Part shown: in pieces, positions 31,343 to 39,925 of the stretch
Numbering within the stretch: the first letter of the stretch is position 1
Layout of the letters: the number at the start of each line of letters is the position of its first letter
Origin: a virus
Taxonomy: Duplodnaviria; Heunggongvirae; Uroviricota; Caudoviricetes
DNA: 64,000 bases
IMG/VR virus record: IMGVR_UViG_3300025162_000019
Location: 10,826 to 74,825 of that record
Strand: one strand, 5' to 3'
Notes under the pieces: model-generated
Told to the model about the DNA's origin: nothing
The model's database searches: none
Seen by the model: the letters and a program-made list of their open reading frames with translations, nothing else
Translations under genes and position numbers: made by a program

Positions 31343-32071
31343 TATACCCTCTTTTTTAGCCTTACTTAAATAACGGTATAAACTTGACTCTGAAATACTT
31401 ATCTGTTTTAGTATTTCAGAGTTAGCTATTTCAGCTTTCTTCAACTCTATTACCTTATTATAACTCACTCTATCAAACTTAAACTCTTTCTCTGCCCTGT
31501 CTAAGCGCATTTGTTTCTTCTTATCGAAAGACATTTTTTTCTTGGGAGAACCTGTAAGTTTTTTACTTATCTTTTTTTTAGTTTCTTCATCCCTTGGAAC
31601 ACCTAGTTTTGATTCAACTAACTTATCAATAACATTCTGCTTTCTTTCTTTACCATAGTTTATATTCTTTTCACCAGTATGCGCCTCACTCATTTTTTCC
31701 CTTGTTTCCTCTGTATGCTTCATACCAGTATGTGCTTCTGCAATCTTTAACTTTGTTTCTTCCGTATGCTTAAACCCTGACTTGTTCTCTATTATCTTAT
31801 TATATCCATCACCAGACTTAAATTGTGTAATATAATATTTTAATTGATCGTTTAAATAGGACTCAGTTACAGATTTTACAACTTCCCATCTAAAATAAGA
31901 AGGTGGCAACCCTCTCATATCCTCATATATAGGAATATCAGTTTTATTATTCACTACAGCCCACTTAAAATAAGACACTACCTCTGGCAATGTCTTATCA
32001 GATGAGCCAATATATACTTGCGATGTTTTAAGATTTATTATTTTATAGATTATATATGTTTTTTCTTTCAA
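31334..32071 (-). CDS. GIY-YIG-like homing endonuclease with NUMOD3 repeats
   Basis: IIYKIIN..VYIGS; H(T)EET repeats. Confidence 0.75.
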   Translation of the reverse strand: MKEKTYIIYKIINLKTSQVYIGSSDKTLPEVVSYFKWAVVNNKTDIPIYEDMRGLPPSYFRWEVVKSVTESYLNDQLKYYITQFKSGDGYNKIIENKSGFKHTEETKLKIAEAHTGMKHTEETREKMSEAHTGEKNINYGKERKQNVIDKLVESKLGVPRDEETKKKISKKLTGSPKKKMSFDKKKQMRLDRAEKEFKFDRVSYNKVIELKKAEIANSEILKQISISESSLYRYLSKAKKEGILE

Positions 32072-32072
32072 A

Positions 32073-32288
32073 CTAATATACCAAACTCTGTAAGTTTTTT
32101 AGAATATTCCCTATATTTACACCAAAAAAGTCAGCCATCATACTTACATGATTTATTCTAGGAACGATTCTATTTTCCTCATACCTCACCATTAAAGAAT
32201 ATTCAATTCCCAATATTTCGGATAGTTCATTTAATGTAAGCCCCTTCTCAAGTCGTAACTCTTTTATTGTATCACCAACTCTAATCAT
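32073..32288 (-). CDS. XRE/Cro-C1 HTH regulator
   Basis: IKELRLEKGLT..ELS..LG..YEEN...P. Confidence 0.85.
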   Translation of the reverse strand: MIRVGDTIKELRLEKGLTLNELSEILGIEYSLMVRYEENRIVPRINHVSMMADFFGVNIGNILKNLQSLVY

Positions 32289-32426
32289 TTTATTCCTCCC
32301 TATTTTCCATCTGCTGCCATAAATATACTGGCACATATAAAGCACAGCATTCCAACTACCATATTATTTGAAACAACAAAAATAATACCAATAATTGTCC
32401 ACATAGTAACCATAAAAGCATGCATT

Positions 32427-33188
32427 TTATTCCTCCCCCAAAAGTTCCATTAAATCATCATAGCTTAAAATCTTTGTACCATACTTCTCCGCTTTCTGTA
32501 ACTTTGTAGAACCACTACCAGCGTCTGCTGCCACCAGATAATCAGTGGTTTTAGAAACTGTTTTCACAACACCACCTTTAGCCTCGATCATCTTCACAAT
32601 CAAATCCCTCTTCATAGGCATTGTACCAGTAAGGCCAAACACTTTTCCATTCAACACATTCATCTTATCAGCCTCCTTAAATCTCAATCCACAACTGATT
32701 AAAAAGTCATATAAAGGTTTGAATTTCCTTATATTCTCCACCAATTTTTTTGATGTCTTAGGCCCCAAGCCCACCTGATCTTCACTAATGTCAAATAACC
32801 GATTCCAAGTAGTTGATTTCATTACGACTTTTGCATTGTCTATACCCATACCAGGAATTGAAAGAGCCGCCAATAACCTCTCAGGTGTATTTATTAAAGT
32901 TTTCTGAACCTCATAATATACCTGTTCAGCCTTCTTCATACCAAAACCTTCTATATTAGCAATATCAAATTCATCCATAGAATACATTTCCTCAATACTG
33001 GAAACACCAAGATTTCTGATAGTTGTTTCTGTAATGTAATCAGAACCCATAATCTTAAAGAAATGGGCAATCCTTTTAGTCCTTGAATCCTCACAATCAG
33101 GATTAGAACAAACTAAATCAACACCCTTCCAAAGTATCTGCCCATCACAAGAAGGGCAACTGTCTATTACAAAATCAAAATTTTCCAT
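32427..33188 (-). CDS. ligA: NAD-dependent DNA ligase, C-terminal fragment (Zn finger, HhH, BRCT)
   Basis: CPSC..C.NPDC, ALSIPG.G, LTG...GG..VS..TDYLVA..GS.KL.KA; own SD and promoter. Confidence 0.85.
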   Translation of the reverse strand: MENFDFVIDSCPSCDGQILWKGVDLVCSNPDCEDSRTKRIAHFFKIMGSDYITETTIRNLGVSSIEEMYSMDEFDIANIEGFGMKKAEQVYYEVQKTLINTPERLLAALSIPGMGIDNAKVVMKSTTWNRLFDISEDQVGLGPKTSKKLVENIRKFKPLYDFLISCGLRFKEADKMNVLNGKVFGLTGTMPMKRDLIVKMIEAKGGVVKTVSKTTDYLVAADAGSGSTKLQKAEKYGTKILSYDDLMELLGEE

Positions 33189-33294
33189 ATATTCAATCCT
33201 TTTTGTATTTATATTACCATATTTATTTATATTTGTCAATCTTTATTTACAATTAATATAAAATATGGTATATATAATAGAGAGGTTATATTGA

Positions 33295-33928
33295 ATGATT
33301 ATATATAAAGTAACAAATCTAGTAAATGGTAAAAAGTTATATTGGACAAACCATTTTTAATTTAGATAAAAGAATTAAAGGTCATTACAATGATAAGCTT
33401 AATACATATTTTCATAGAGCTTTAATAAAATATGGTAAAGAAAACTTTGAATGGTCTATATTAAAAGAATGTAATGATTTTGAACTATTAAACATTTTAG
33501 AAACATTTATGATTATGGTGCATAATACATATGTTAAAGAAAATGGCTACAACTTAAACTGGGGTGGTGGTTCTAATAATGGATATAAACATACTGAAGA
33601 AGCACTACAGAAAATGAGTGAATTAAAAAAAGGAAACTCTAATAATTTAGGAAAACATTTTACAGAAGAACATAAACAAAAAATGAGTGAAGCTCATAGA
33701 GGTGAAAAATGTTATATATTTGGAAAGCACATAACAGAAGATCATAAACAAAAAATTAGTGAAAATCTTAAAGGTAATAAAAACGCATTAGGTAAAACAC
33801 ATACAGAAGAAACTAAGCAAAAAATGAGTGAAGCTCATAGAGGTCAAATTCCTTGGAATAAAGGTAAAAAACATACAAAAGAAACTAAAAGAAAAATGAG
33901 TAAAGCTCATAAAAAGATATATTTGTAA
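33295..33928 (+). pseudogene. GIY-YIG endonuclease with a +1 frameshift in an A5 run (33331-33335)
   Basis: ATG33295 reads MIIYKVTNLVNGK; SYIGQT continues in the next frame. Confidence 0.65.
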
Positions 33929-33934
33929 AGCCTA

Positions 33935-34981
33935 TTATGACTTAAATACCTCTGTAATATAGGGTATTACTTCCCCTGAACGGATTACACCAATTATACT
34001 ACCCTCTTTTATTTTATTATCCTGTATATACTTTGCATTAAATCCTGTAGCTCTTGCTATAGTAGTATCATTTATAATAGTAGGTTCAATTAAAACAGTA
34101 GGTACAATACGGCCAGATCGTCCAACATTCCACTCAATACCAATGACCTTGACCTTGACAGCCTCTTCATTCACCTTGTAAGCAATTTTGTTTAAGGGAT
34201 AATATGCATTTTCCCTTGAACTTCGTGTTCTGGTTATAACAAGTCCATCAACATCATACTTACAATTATTCTTATATTCAAAAAGAAGTATATTTAATCG
34301 CTCCAATGTAGGAGTACTATAACTAGTATAAGGAACTACATTCAATCCAAACCACTCAATATAATTTAATCGTTCATATTCAAATATATAAGAGTCATTA
34401 TTAATATATTCATAAAATACAACATCAATTTCATATAAATCTTCTGGTGAAACATCATCCCTATTCAATAGGCCAGCAACACCATTTCTACGATTAGTGA
34501 AACCCAATCTCTTATAGGAATCCCCTACTAGTAAGGCTTCCCCTCTCAAACATACTTTATTCTTTGTAGGTATATCTGGAACAAAGAACTTTGCCTTCTC
34601 TGTTATATCCTGCCCTTCATAGCCATCACCTCTGGTAGATGCAAAAATAACTTTACCATTCTCCCATTCTACATAAATAGAAGCACCATCTAGCTTTGCA
34701 GATACAATAACTTCATTACCCTTTTTCTTAATCCAGTCCATCACCTTATCTGACTTCATCTTAGTCAAAGAGCCAAGAACATAAGGAAGTTTAGCTTTCT
34801 TCCGTGAAGTGACTTTAGCACCAACTAACGAGAAATACTCGTTAGTTGGGTCAAGTTCCATCAATTCCGACTTCAAAAGGTCATACTCAGTATCAGTAAT
34901 ACCCGTTACGAACCCATTGTAATAAAGACTATCATAGTCCTTCAATAAAGAAAGTAAATATTGTATTCTGGTTGGTGTCAT
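33935..34981 (-). CDS. ligA: NAD-dependent DNA ligase, N-terminal fragment (adenylation + OB)
   Basis: D.EYD, SLTK, KLDG, STRGDG..G, RGE, DGLVI, AYK, GEVIP. Confidence 0.9.
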   Translation of the reverse strand: MTPTRIQYLLSLLKDYDSLYYNGFVTGITDTEYDLLKSELMELDPTNEYFSLVGAKVTSRKKAKLPYVLGSLTKMKSDKVMDWIKKKGNEVIVSAKLDGASIYVEWENGKVIFASTRGDGYEGQDITEKAKFFVPDIPTKNKVCLRGEALLVGDSYKRLGFTNRRNGVAGLLNRDDVSPEDLYEIDVVFYEYINNDSYIFEYERLNYIEWFGLNVVPYTSYSTPTLERLNILLFEYKNNCKYDVDGLVITRTRSSRENAYYPLNKIAYKVNEEAVKVKVIGIEWNVGRSGRIVPTVLIEPTIINDTTIARATGFNAKYIQDNKIKEGSIIGVIRSGEVIPYITEVFKS

Positions 34982-35107
34982 TGTCTATATCCTTATTTTT
35001 TCTTTCAGTATAACACACTATTTTCTTTTTGTCAAGTAGAAAAAATAAGTATTGATAAAATATTTTAAATATGTTATAAATATATATTACTTTATAAGAG
35101 ATATTAA

Positions 35108-36004
35108 ATGAAATATACCAAAGATGATGTAAGATTGATGCTTAAAGGGGTAAAGGAAAAATACTATAAGCCTTTACCTCATAGAGAACCATATGATGAT
35201 CTGTATTGGAAGAATGAAGCAATGTGGTTGGGTGATACCAGTTACTTAACAATGATACCTTACAAAGCATCACAAAATGGTAAAACAATGTATGTTAAAA
35301 GTGATAGTTTTTTTCTATCGCCATTAATGAGTTTTAACAAAGATTACAAAGAAGATACAAGTGATAACATATATCAGACTATAAATGATATACACAACTA
35401 TGATTTTGGCGGAGGGCACTTTTTACAAAGAATACAAAGAGCGATGGGATTTGAGCCAGACTTAAAACCCACAACACACTTTGATATAGAATGTAATAAG
35501 TTTAAAAATAGTGTTCTTATAAATATTGAGGGACACCATTATAATCATTTAACAGAACAAGTTGCACCTATTATACAGAAATATGTTGATAGAAATAAAA
35601 ATAGATTTTATTTTGCGGAGACATGGGCAAATAGACCACTACCATACATAGATGGTATTAGACATTTCCAGTTTAATATTATAAACCTAATAAAAGAAAT
35701 GTCAAAATTTGAATACCTGATTGGTTTTGATTCAGGCCTAATGCACCTAGCATCTGGTTTAGGTATTAAAAGTGTTATCATTACCGACAACCATATGGGC
35801 CTTAAAACTGATATGTTATATTTGCCAAGGGAGTTTAGCAATCCTTTATTGCCTGGAGCTTATCTATACCCACAAAATGTTCATCTGTTTATGAATGACG
35901 AAAATGAACTGGTAAAACAGTTTACTTTAGATAACTTAGAAAGAGCAATAGGTGGTGATCTATACCCTTATTGGTCTGATGATTTTTTAGATATAATATT
36001 TTAG
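35108..36004 (+). CDS. Glycosyltransferase family 9-like protein
   Basis: LIGFDSGLMHLASGLG; TATAAATA at 35075. Confidence 0.6.
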   Translation: MKYTKDDVRLMLKGVKEKYYKPLPHREPYDDLYWKNEAMWLGDTSYLTMIPYKASQNGKTMYVKSDSFFLSPLMSFNKDYKEDTSDNIYQTINDIHNYDFGGGHFLQRIQRAMGFEPDLKPTTHFDIECNKFKNSVLINIEGHHYNHLTEQVAPIIQKYVDRNKNRFYFAETWANRPLPYIDGIRHFQFNIINLIKEMSKFEYLIGFDSGLMHLASGLGIKSVIITDNHMGLKTDMLYLPREFSNPLLPGAYLYPQNVHLFMNDENELVKQFTLDNLERAIGGDLYPYWSDDFLDIIF

Positions 36005-36134
36005 CGGTACAACAAGGTTGGTATGTAGTTACCGTAAGCCCTACAGCTCTTACTGTAAAGATTCCTTGACGAAACAAGTGGGTAACAATCGTAAATCCCC
36101 ACCACTAAAATATTACTTAATAAAGGAGATATGA

Positions 36135-36275
36135 ATGGTATACAACTCAGTATTAATGGCATCGAAAATATATTTATTAACTGGTGGAATATCAATGTCT
36201 GTGGCTGGATTAATTAAAGTTATTTTTTGGTCTATAAAAACAAATATAAAAGACAGATTTCCCTTGACAAAATAG
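36135..36275 (+). CDS. Small hydrophobic peptide (46 aa)
   Basis: SD AAAGGAG, hydrophobic core. Confidence 0.45.
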   Translation: MVYNSVLMASKIYLLTGGISMSVAGLIKVIFWSIKTNIKDRFPLTK

Positions 36276-36315
36276 AAAAGTTCTGGTATAATGTTTTTTA
36301 GAAAGTAAGAAATAT

Positions 36316-36392
36316 GGGCGAGTAGGCCAACTGGAAGAGTCGGTATCCTCAAAAGGTACTAGTTCTGAGTTCAAATCTCAGCTCGCCTACCA
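36316..36392 (+). tRNA. trnL: tRNA-Leu(CAA), short variable loop
   Basis: Cloverleaf, loop CT-CAA-AA, TTCAAAT, encoded CCA. Confidence 0.9.
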
Positions 36393-36409
36393 AAAATAAA
36401 AGTATATTT

Positions 36410-36485
36410 GCGTGAGTAGGCCAACGGCAGAGTCAACTGGTTTAAGCCCAGTATCGTGCGGGTTCAAATCCCGCTTCACGCACCA
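36410..36485 (+). tRNA. trnL: tRNA-Leu(TAA), short variable loop
   Basis: Loop TT-TAA-GC, CCA. Confidence 0.9.
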
Positions 36486-36499
36486 AAACAAAAAGATTT

Positions 36500-36576
36500 G
36501 CGCAACTAGGCCAACTGGAAGAGTCGTTAGCTTTAGAAGCTAATAGTTCTGAGTTCAAATCTCAGGTTGCGCACCA
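36500..36576 (+). tRNA. trnL: tRNA-Leu(TAG), short variable loop
   Basis: Loop TT-TAG-AA, CCA. Confidence 0.9.
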
Positions 36577-36587
36577 AAATAAAATAT

Positions 36588-36661
36588 GGCTCTGTAATTC
36601 AAAAGAAGAATAGACGGCTGATAACTGTCCTACATTGGAGCGTTACCAATCAGGGCCACCA
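36588..36661 (+). tRNA. trnI: tRNA-Ile(GAT), atypical T-loop AGCGTTA
   Basis: Loop CT-GAT-AA, CCA. Confidence 0.85.
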
Positions 36662-36672
36662 AAAACATATTA

Positions 36673-36746
36673 GAAGCTATCGTCTAATGGCAGGATACAA
36701 GATTCTCAATCTTACGATAAGGGTTCAATTCCCTTTAGCTTCACCA
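36673..36746 (+). tRNA. trnE: tRNA-Glu(CTC)
   Basis: Loop TT-CTC-AA, CCA. Confidence 0.85.
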
Positions 36747-36760
36747 AAGAAAAATAGTTC

Positions 36761-36789
36761 TTGACAAATGAATACTTTTATGGTAATAT
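36761..36789 (+). promoter_or_regulatory. sigma70-type promoter within the tRNA cluster
   Basis: TTGACA-N17-TAATAT. Confidence 0.65.
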
Positions 36790-36807
36790 TGTCTAAATAA
36801 AAGATAT

Positions 36808-36882
36808 AGGGGTGTCTACTAATGGTCAGGTAGTTGGTCTTTCAAGCCAAAAATGAGGGTTCAATTCCCTTCATCCCTACCA
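36808..36882 (+). tRNA. trnE: tRNA-Glu(TTC)
   Basis: Loop CT-TTC-AA, CCA. Confidence 0.9.
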
Positions 36883-36890
36883 AAACATAT

Positions 36891-36981
36891 GGGAGAATTT
36901 CCTCACGGCCGTCTGTAAAACGGTTGGCGTAATAAATGTGGGGCGTGTGCCGAGATGGTTAAACTCCATATTCTCCCACCA
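36891..36981 (+). tRNA. trnY: tRNA-Tyr(GTA), no canonical D-arm, very long variable region
   Basis: Acceptor GGGAGAA/TTCTCCC, loop CT-GTA-AA, CCA. Confidence 0.75.
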
Positions 36982-36992
36982 TAAAATAATAT

Positions 36993-37067
36993 GGTTCGCT
37001 AATTCAATGGAAGAAAGCCGCCCTTACAAGACGGAAGTTAAAGGTTCAAATCCTTTGCGAACCACCA
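36993..37067 (+). tRNA. trnV: tRNA-Val(TAC)
   Basis: Loop CT-TAC-AA, CCA. Confidence 0.9.
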
Positions 37068-37136
37068 TAAAACTAAAAAGGTTTACAATTAGTTCGATCC
37101 TGTATAAATATATATAAAGATATAGAGGTCGAACAA

Positions 37137-37826
37137 ATGAATGAAAGTGAATATATAACTAGTTGGTCTAAAAGAATTAAAGCAATAAACCTTTTAGGTG
37201 GAAAGTGTTCCAAATGTAATGAAGATAATATATTTGTTCTTTCATTTCACCATAAAAATACTGATGAAAAAGAAATCAGTATAAATGAAATACGAGGTAA
37301 AAGATGGTCTGTCATAGAAAAGGAACTAAATAAATGTATTTTACTTTGTGAAAACTGTCATAGAGAAGAACACTATAAATTTTCTAACAATAGAAATCAT
37401 AAAAATAAAAAAATATATTTAGATTATAAAGATATATATAAATGTTCAAAATGTGGTTATGATAAATGCACAAATGCTTTAGAGTTTCATCATATAAAAC
37501 AAGATGATAAATCTTTTAATTTATCGTCTATAAACAAACGACTTAAAACAGTTTTTGATTTAGAAGAATATATAAAAGAAGAACTTAATAAATGTGAAAT
37601 AATATGTTCTAACTGTCATAGAAAAGAACATATTAATAAAATAAAGTTTGACAAATATAAAGATTTGATATATAATAATCAAATAAATGAGCAACTACCT
37701 TCTATTAAACCAGAAGTGATAAAAGAAATGTTAGATTCTGGTATGAATGGTTGTCAGATTGCAAAAGAACTAGGTAGAAATAAATCTACCATATATACTA
37801 TTATTAAAAAACATATTGACCTATAG
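37137..37826 (+). CDS. Tandem-HNH endonuclease with C-terminal HTH
   Basis: Two CxxC..FHH..C..LCxNCHR units. Confidence 0.8.
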   Translation: MNESEYITSWSKRIKAINLLGGKCSKCNEDNIFVLSFHHKNTDEKEISINEIRGKRWSVIEKELNKCILLCENCHREEHYKFSNNRNHKNKKIYLDYKDIYKCSKCGYDKCTNALEFHHIKQDDKSFNLSSINKRLKTVFDLEEYIKEELNKCEIICSNCHRKEHINKIKFDKYKDLIYNNQINEQLPSIKPEVIKEMLDSGMNGCQIAKELGRNKSTIYTIIKKHIDL

Positions 37827-37890
37827 TGAAATGGCATCACGATTGACTGTTAATCAATTATTACAAATTCGAGTTTTGTTAGGTCAGCCA
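37817..37890 (+). tRNA. trnN: tRNA-Asn(GTT)
   Basis: Loop CT-GTT-AA, CCA; 5' end overlaps the HNH stop. Confidence 0.9.
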
Positions 37891-37899
37891 AAACATAAT

Positions 37900-37974
37900 G
37901 GGTAAATAGCTCAGGCAGTAGAGCGTCCTCCTGAAGAGTGGAAGGCATTGGTGCGATTCCAGTTTTACCCACCA
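37900..37974 (+). tRNA. trnF: tRNA-Phe(GAA)
   Basis: Loop CT-GAA-GA, CCA. Confidence 0.9.
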
Positions 37975-37985
37975 TAAAAATCTAT

Positions 37986-38060
37986 GGTAGCTGTGGTCAA
38001 GTGCTAAGGCGAGAGGTTGTGGCCCTCTAATCAAGGGTTGGATTCCCTTCAGCTACACCA
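37986..38060 (+). tRNA. trnH: tRNA-His(GTG)
   Basis: Loop TT-GTG-GC, G-1 present, A73, CCA. Confidence 0.85.
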
Positions 38061-38166
38061 AAATTAAAAGAGGTTAAATGATTTATTTAGTTTACACATT
38101 AATGTTCATATTAGGTTTTATTTTCACAGGTGTTGTATTTCTGACGGTATGTGAGGTACTTGAAAA

Positions 38167-38394
38167 ATGACAACAAACTTATTTTGGAATGATGAGCAGA
38201 AAACAATAAGAGGTTCTTTTATAAACATATCACTTACATTTCTTATAGCTGGTTTGATTATAGCAGGTGTATTTATTCCTAGTATCGCAACATCATTAAA
38301 GCAGTTGGAAAGTTTAATCATCTGGTTTTTTGGTTTGAGTTGGGGAATATATTCTGTAAAAAGTGTATCTGATAACTATATTATAAATAAATGA
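38167..38394 (+). CDS. Small two-TM membrane protein
   Basis: Two hydrophobic segments. Confidence 0.55.
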   Translation: MTTNLFWNDEQKTIRGSFINISLTFLIAGLIIAGVFIPSIATSLKQLESLIIWFFGLSWGIYSVKSVSDNYIINK

Positions 38395-38401
38395 AATTTT
38401 A

Positions 38402-38476
38402 GGCGGTATAGCATAGTGGATATGCACTTGTCTGTCGAACAAGATTAGGTCAGTTCAATTCTGATTACCGTCGCCA
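38402..38476 (+). tRNA. trnD: tRNA-Asp(GTC)
   Basis: Loop CT-GTC-GA, CCA. Confidence 0.9.
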
Positions 38477-38484
38477 AAACATAA

Positions 38485-38559
38485 GCGGGGTTCTTCTAAC
38501 AATAAGATACTAGAGTGCCAATCTGGTGAATGAGGGTGTAACTCCCTTACCCCGCTCCA
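38485..38559 (+). tRNA. trnG: tRNA-Gly(GCC)
   Basis: Loop GT-GCC-AA, U73, CCA. Confidence 0.85.
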
Positions 38560-38570
38560 ATAAAACATAT

Positions 38571-38646
38571 GGGTGTGTGGCCAAAATGCGACGGCTTTTC
38601 CCTTGCACGGAAAGAACTGTGGGTTGGAGTCCCACCACATCCACCA
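38571..38646 (+). tRNA. trnA: tRNA-Ala(TGC)
   Basis: Loop CT-TGC-AC, G3-U70, CCA. Confidence 0.9.
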
Positions 38647-38652
38647 TACATA

Positions 38653-38705
38653 AAAGAGAATGTAGTTAGTCTATATTAGTTGGTTCAAATCCAGCCATTC
38701 TCTTT
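38653..38705 (+). pseudogene. tRNA remnant (acceptor-like stem + T-arm only)
   Basis: AAAGAGAATG/CATTCTCTTT stem enclosing GTTGG-TTCAAAT-CCAGC. Confidence 0.55.
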
Positions 38706-38717
38706 GAACAAACATTT

Positions 38718-38805
38718 GGAGAGGCGCCTAGTATAGTGAGGGAAGCAGTTCGCTAAACTGTCGCCGGTAAAACGGTTATGGGTGCAAGTCCCTTCCTCTC
38801 CGCCA
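38718..38805 (+). tRNA. trnS: tRNA-Ser(GCT)
   Basis: Loop TC-GCT-AA, long variable arm, G73, CCA. Confidence 0.9.
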
Positions 38806-38876
38806 AAATCTTAAAATTCTACTTGACTTTTCACTAAATATATCATATAATACTTACAAAAAGAAAGGAATATGAT

Positions 38877-39104
38877 ATGAACAATCTATCTCATCTTACT
38901 ATTAAACAGTTAAATAATCTAAAGTCTATTTTCATTTCTGGTACTGACTGGCATGAAGTTTCTGCTATTCAATATGAAATTGATACTAGAGAAAAGGAAT
39001 TTAAAATAGAAGAATGGATGATGGCTTATCTAACTGTAAAATACATTAAGAATAAAAAAATTTTAATAGATGAATATATTTCTAAACTTCAATCTCTACA
39101 ATAA
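38877..39104 (+). CDS. Hypothetical protein
   Basis: Own promoter and SD. Confidence 0.55.
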   Translation: MNNLSHLTIKQLNNLKSIFISGTDWHEVSAIQYEIDTREKEFKIEEWMMAYLTVKYIKNKKILIDEYISKLQSLQ

Positions 39105-39272
39105 AAAAATTCTATTACCAAAATTTATATTATTCATTTTATTCAATAATATAAATAAATTTGCAATATAAAATTTGCAATGCTTTCCTTTTTGCCTGAC
39201 CGTTGCACTTATTATAACAGATAGCCAGAAATTGTAAACATAAAAATAAAAATTATTTTAAGGTTATGTAGT

Positions 39273-39884
39273 ATGAAAAAAAGAGTTTATGTCCTTGTTG
39301 TAGATAATTATTTGCCAGAAGTTTGTGAAGTATCATTGCCACTAATAGAAAAATACGCTGAAAAAATAAATGCAGAATTTTATATGATTAGTGATAAGAA
39401 ATTTCCAGACTTGCCAGTATCATATGAAAAATTACAGATATATGAACTAGGTAAAGATTATGATTGGAATATTTTGATAGATGCTGATATGTTGATTCAT
39501 CCTAATATGTATAATATATTTGATATTTTACCAGAAGGTTTTGTAGGTGTTTGGCATCAGTATGCAGGAAGTATTCTATTTAAGAACATAGAATTAGGTA
39601 TTGCTGCTAATTTTTTACTTGTTCCAAAGTCCCATCATGAAGTATGGAAACCCTTTGATAATCCACATGAGCGAGTTAAAGACTTAAAAAATCCTTTTAA
39701 CCTTGATGAATACTGTATATCCTATAATATGAAACAGTTAGGATATAAAATATCTGGTGTGGAAATAGGTGATGCATATGGTAAATTATTTTATCATTTA
39801 AATGTTAATACAGACAATAAAGATAGTGAACAGATACGAAGAGAACTAAAAGGATGGTCATATATACTAAAATATAGTACTTGA
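39273..39884 (+). CDS. GT-A-like glycosyltransferase
   Basis: YEKL..Y, ILIDADMLI (DxD). Confidence 0.6.
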   Translation: MKKRVYVLVVDNYLPEVCEVSLPLIEKYAEKINAEFYMISDKKFPDLPVSYEKLQIYELGKDYDWNILIDADMLIHPNMYNIFDILPEGFVGVWHQYAGSILFKNIELGIAANFLLVPKSHHEVWKPFDNPHERVKDLKNPFNLDEYCISYNMKQLGYKISGVEIGDAYGKLFYHLNVNTDNKDSEQIRRELKGWSYILKYST

Positions 39885-39925
39885 CAAATAATTCTAAATA
39901 GTGTATAATAAAATAAAAAGGAAAA

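Noticed and set aside
33326-33340. GIY-YIG frameshift as a fourth bypass site
   Set aside because: It is a single extra A in a homopolymer, with no adjacent TGA, landing codon or stem; mutation or sequencing error is more likely.
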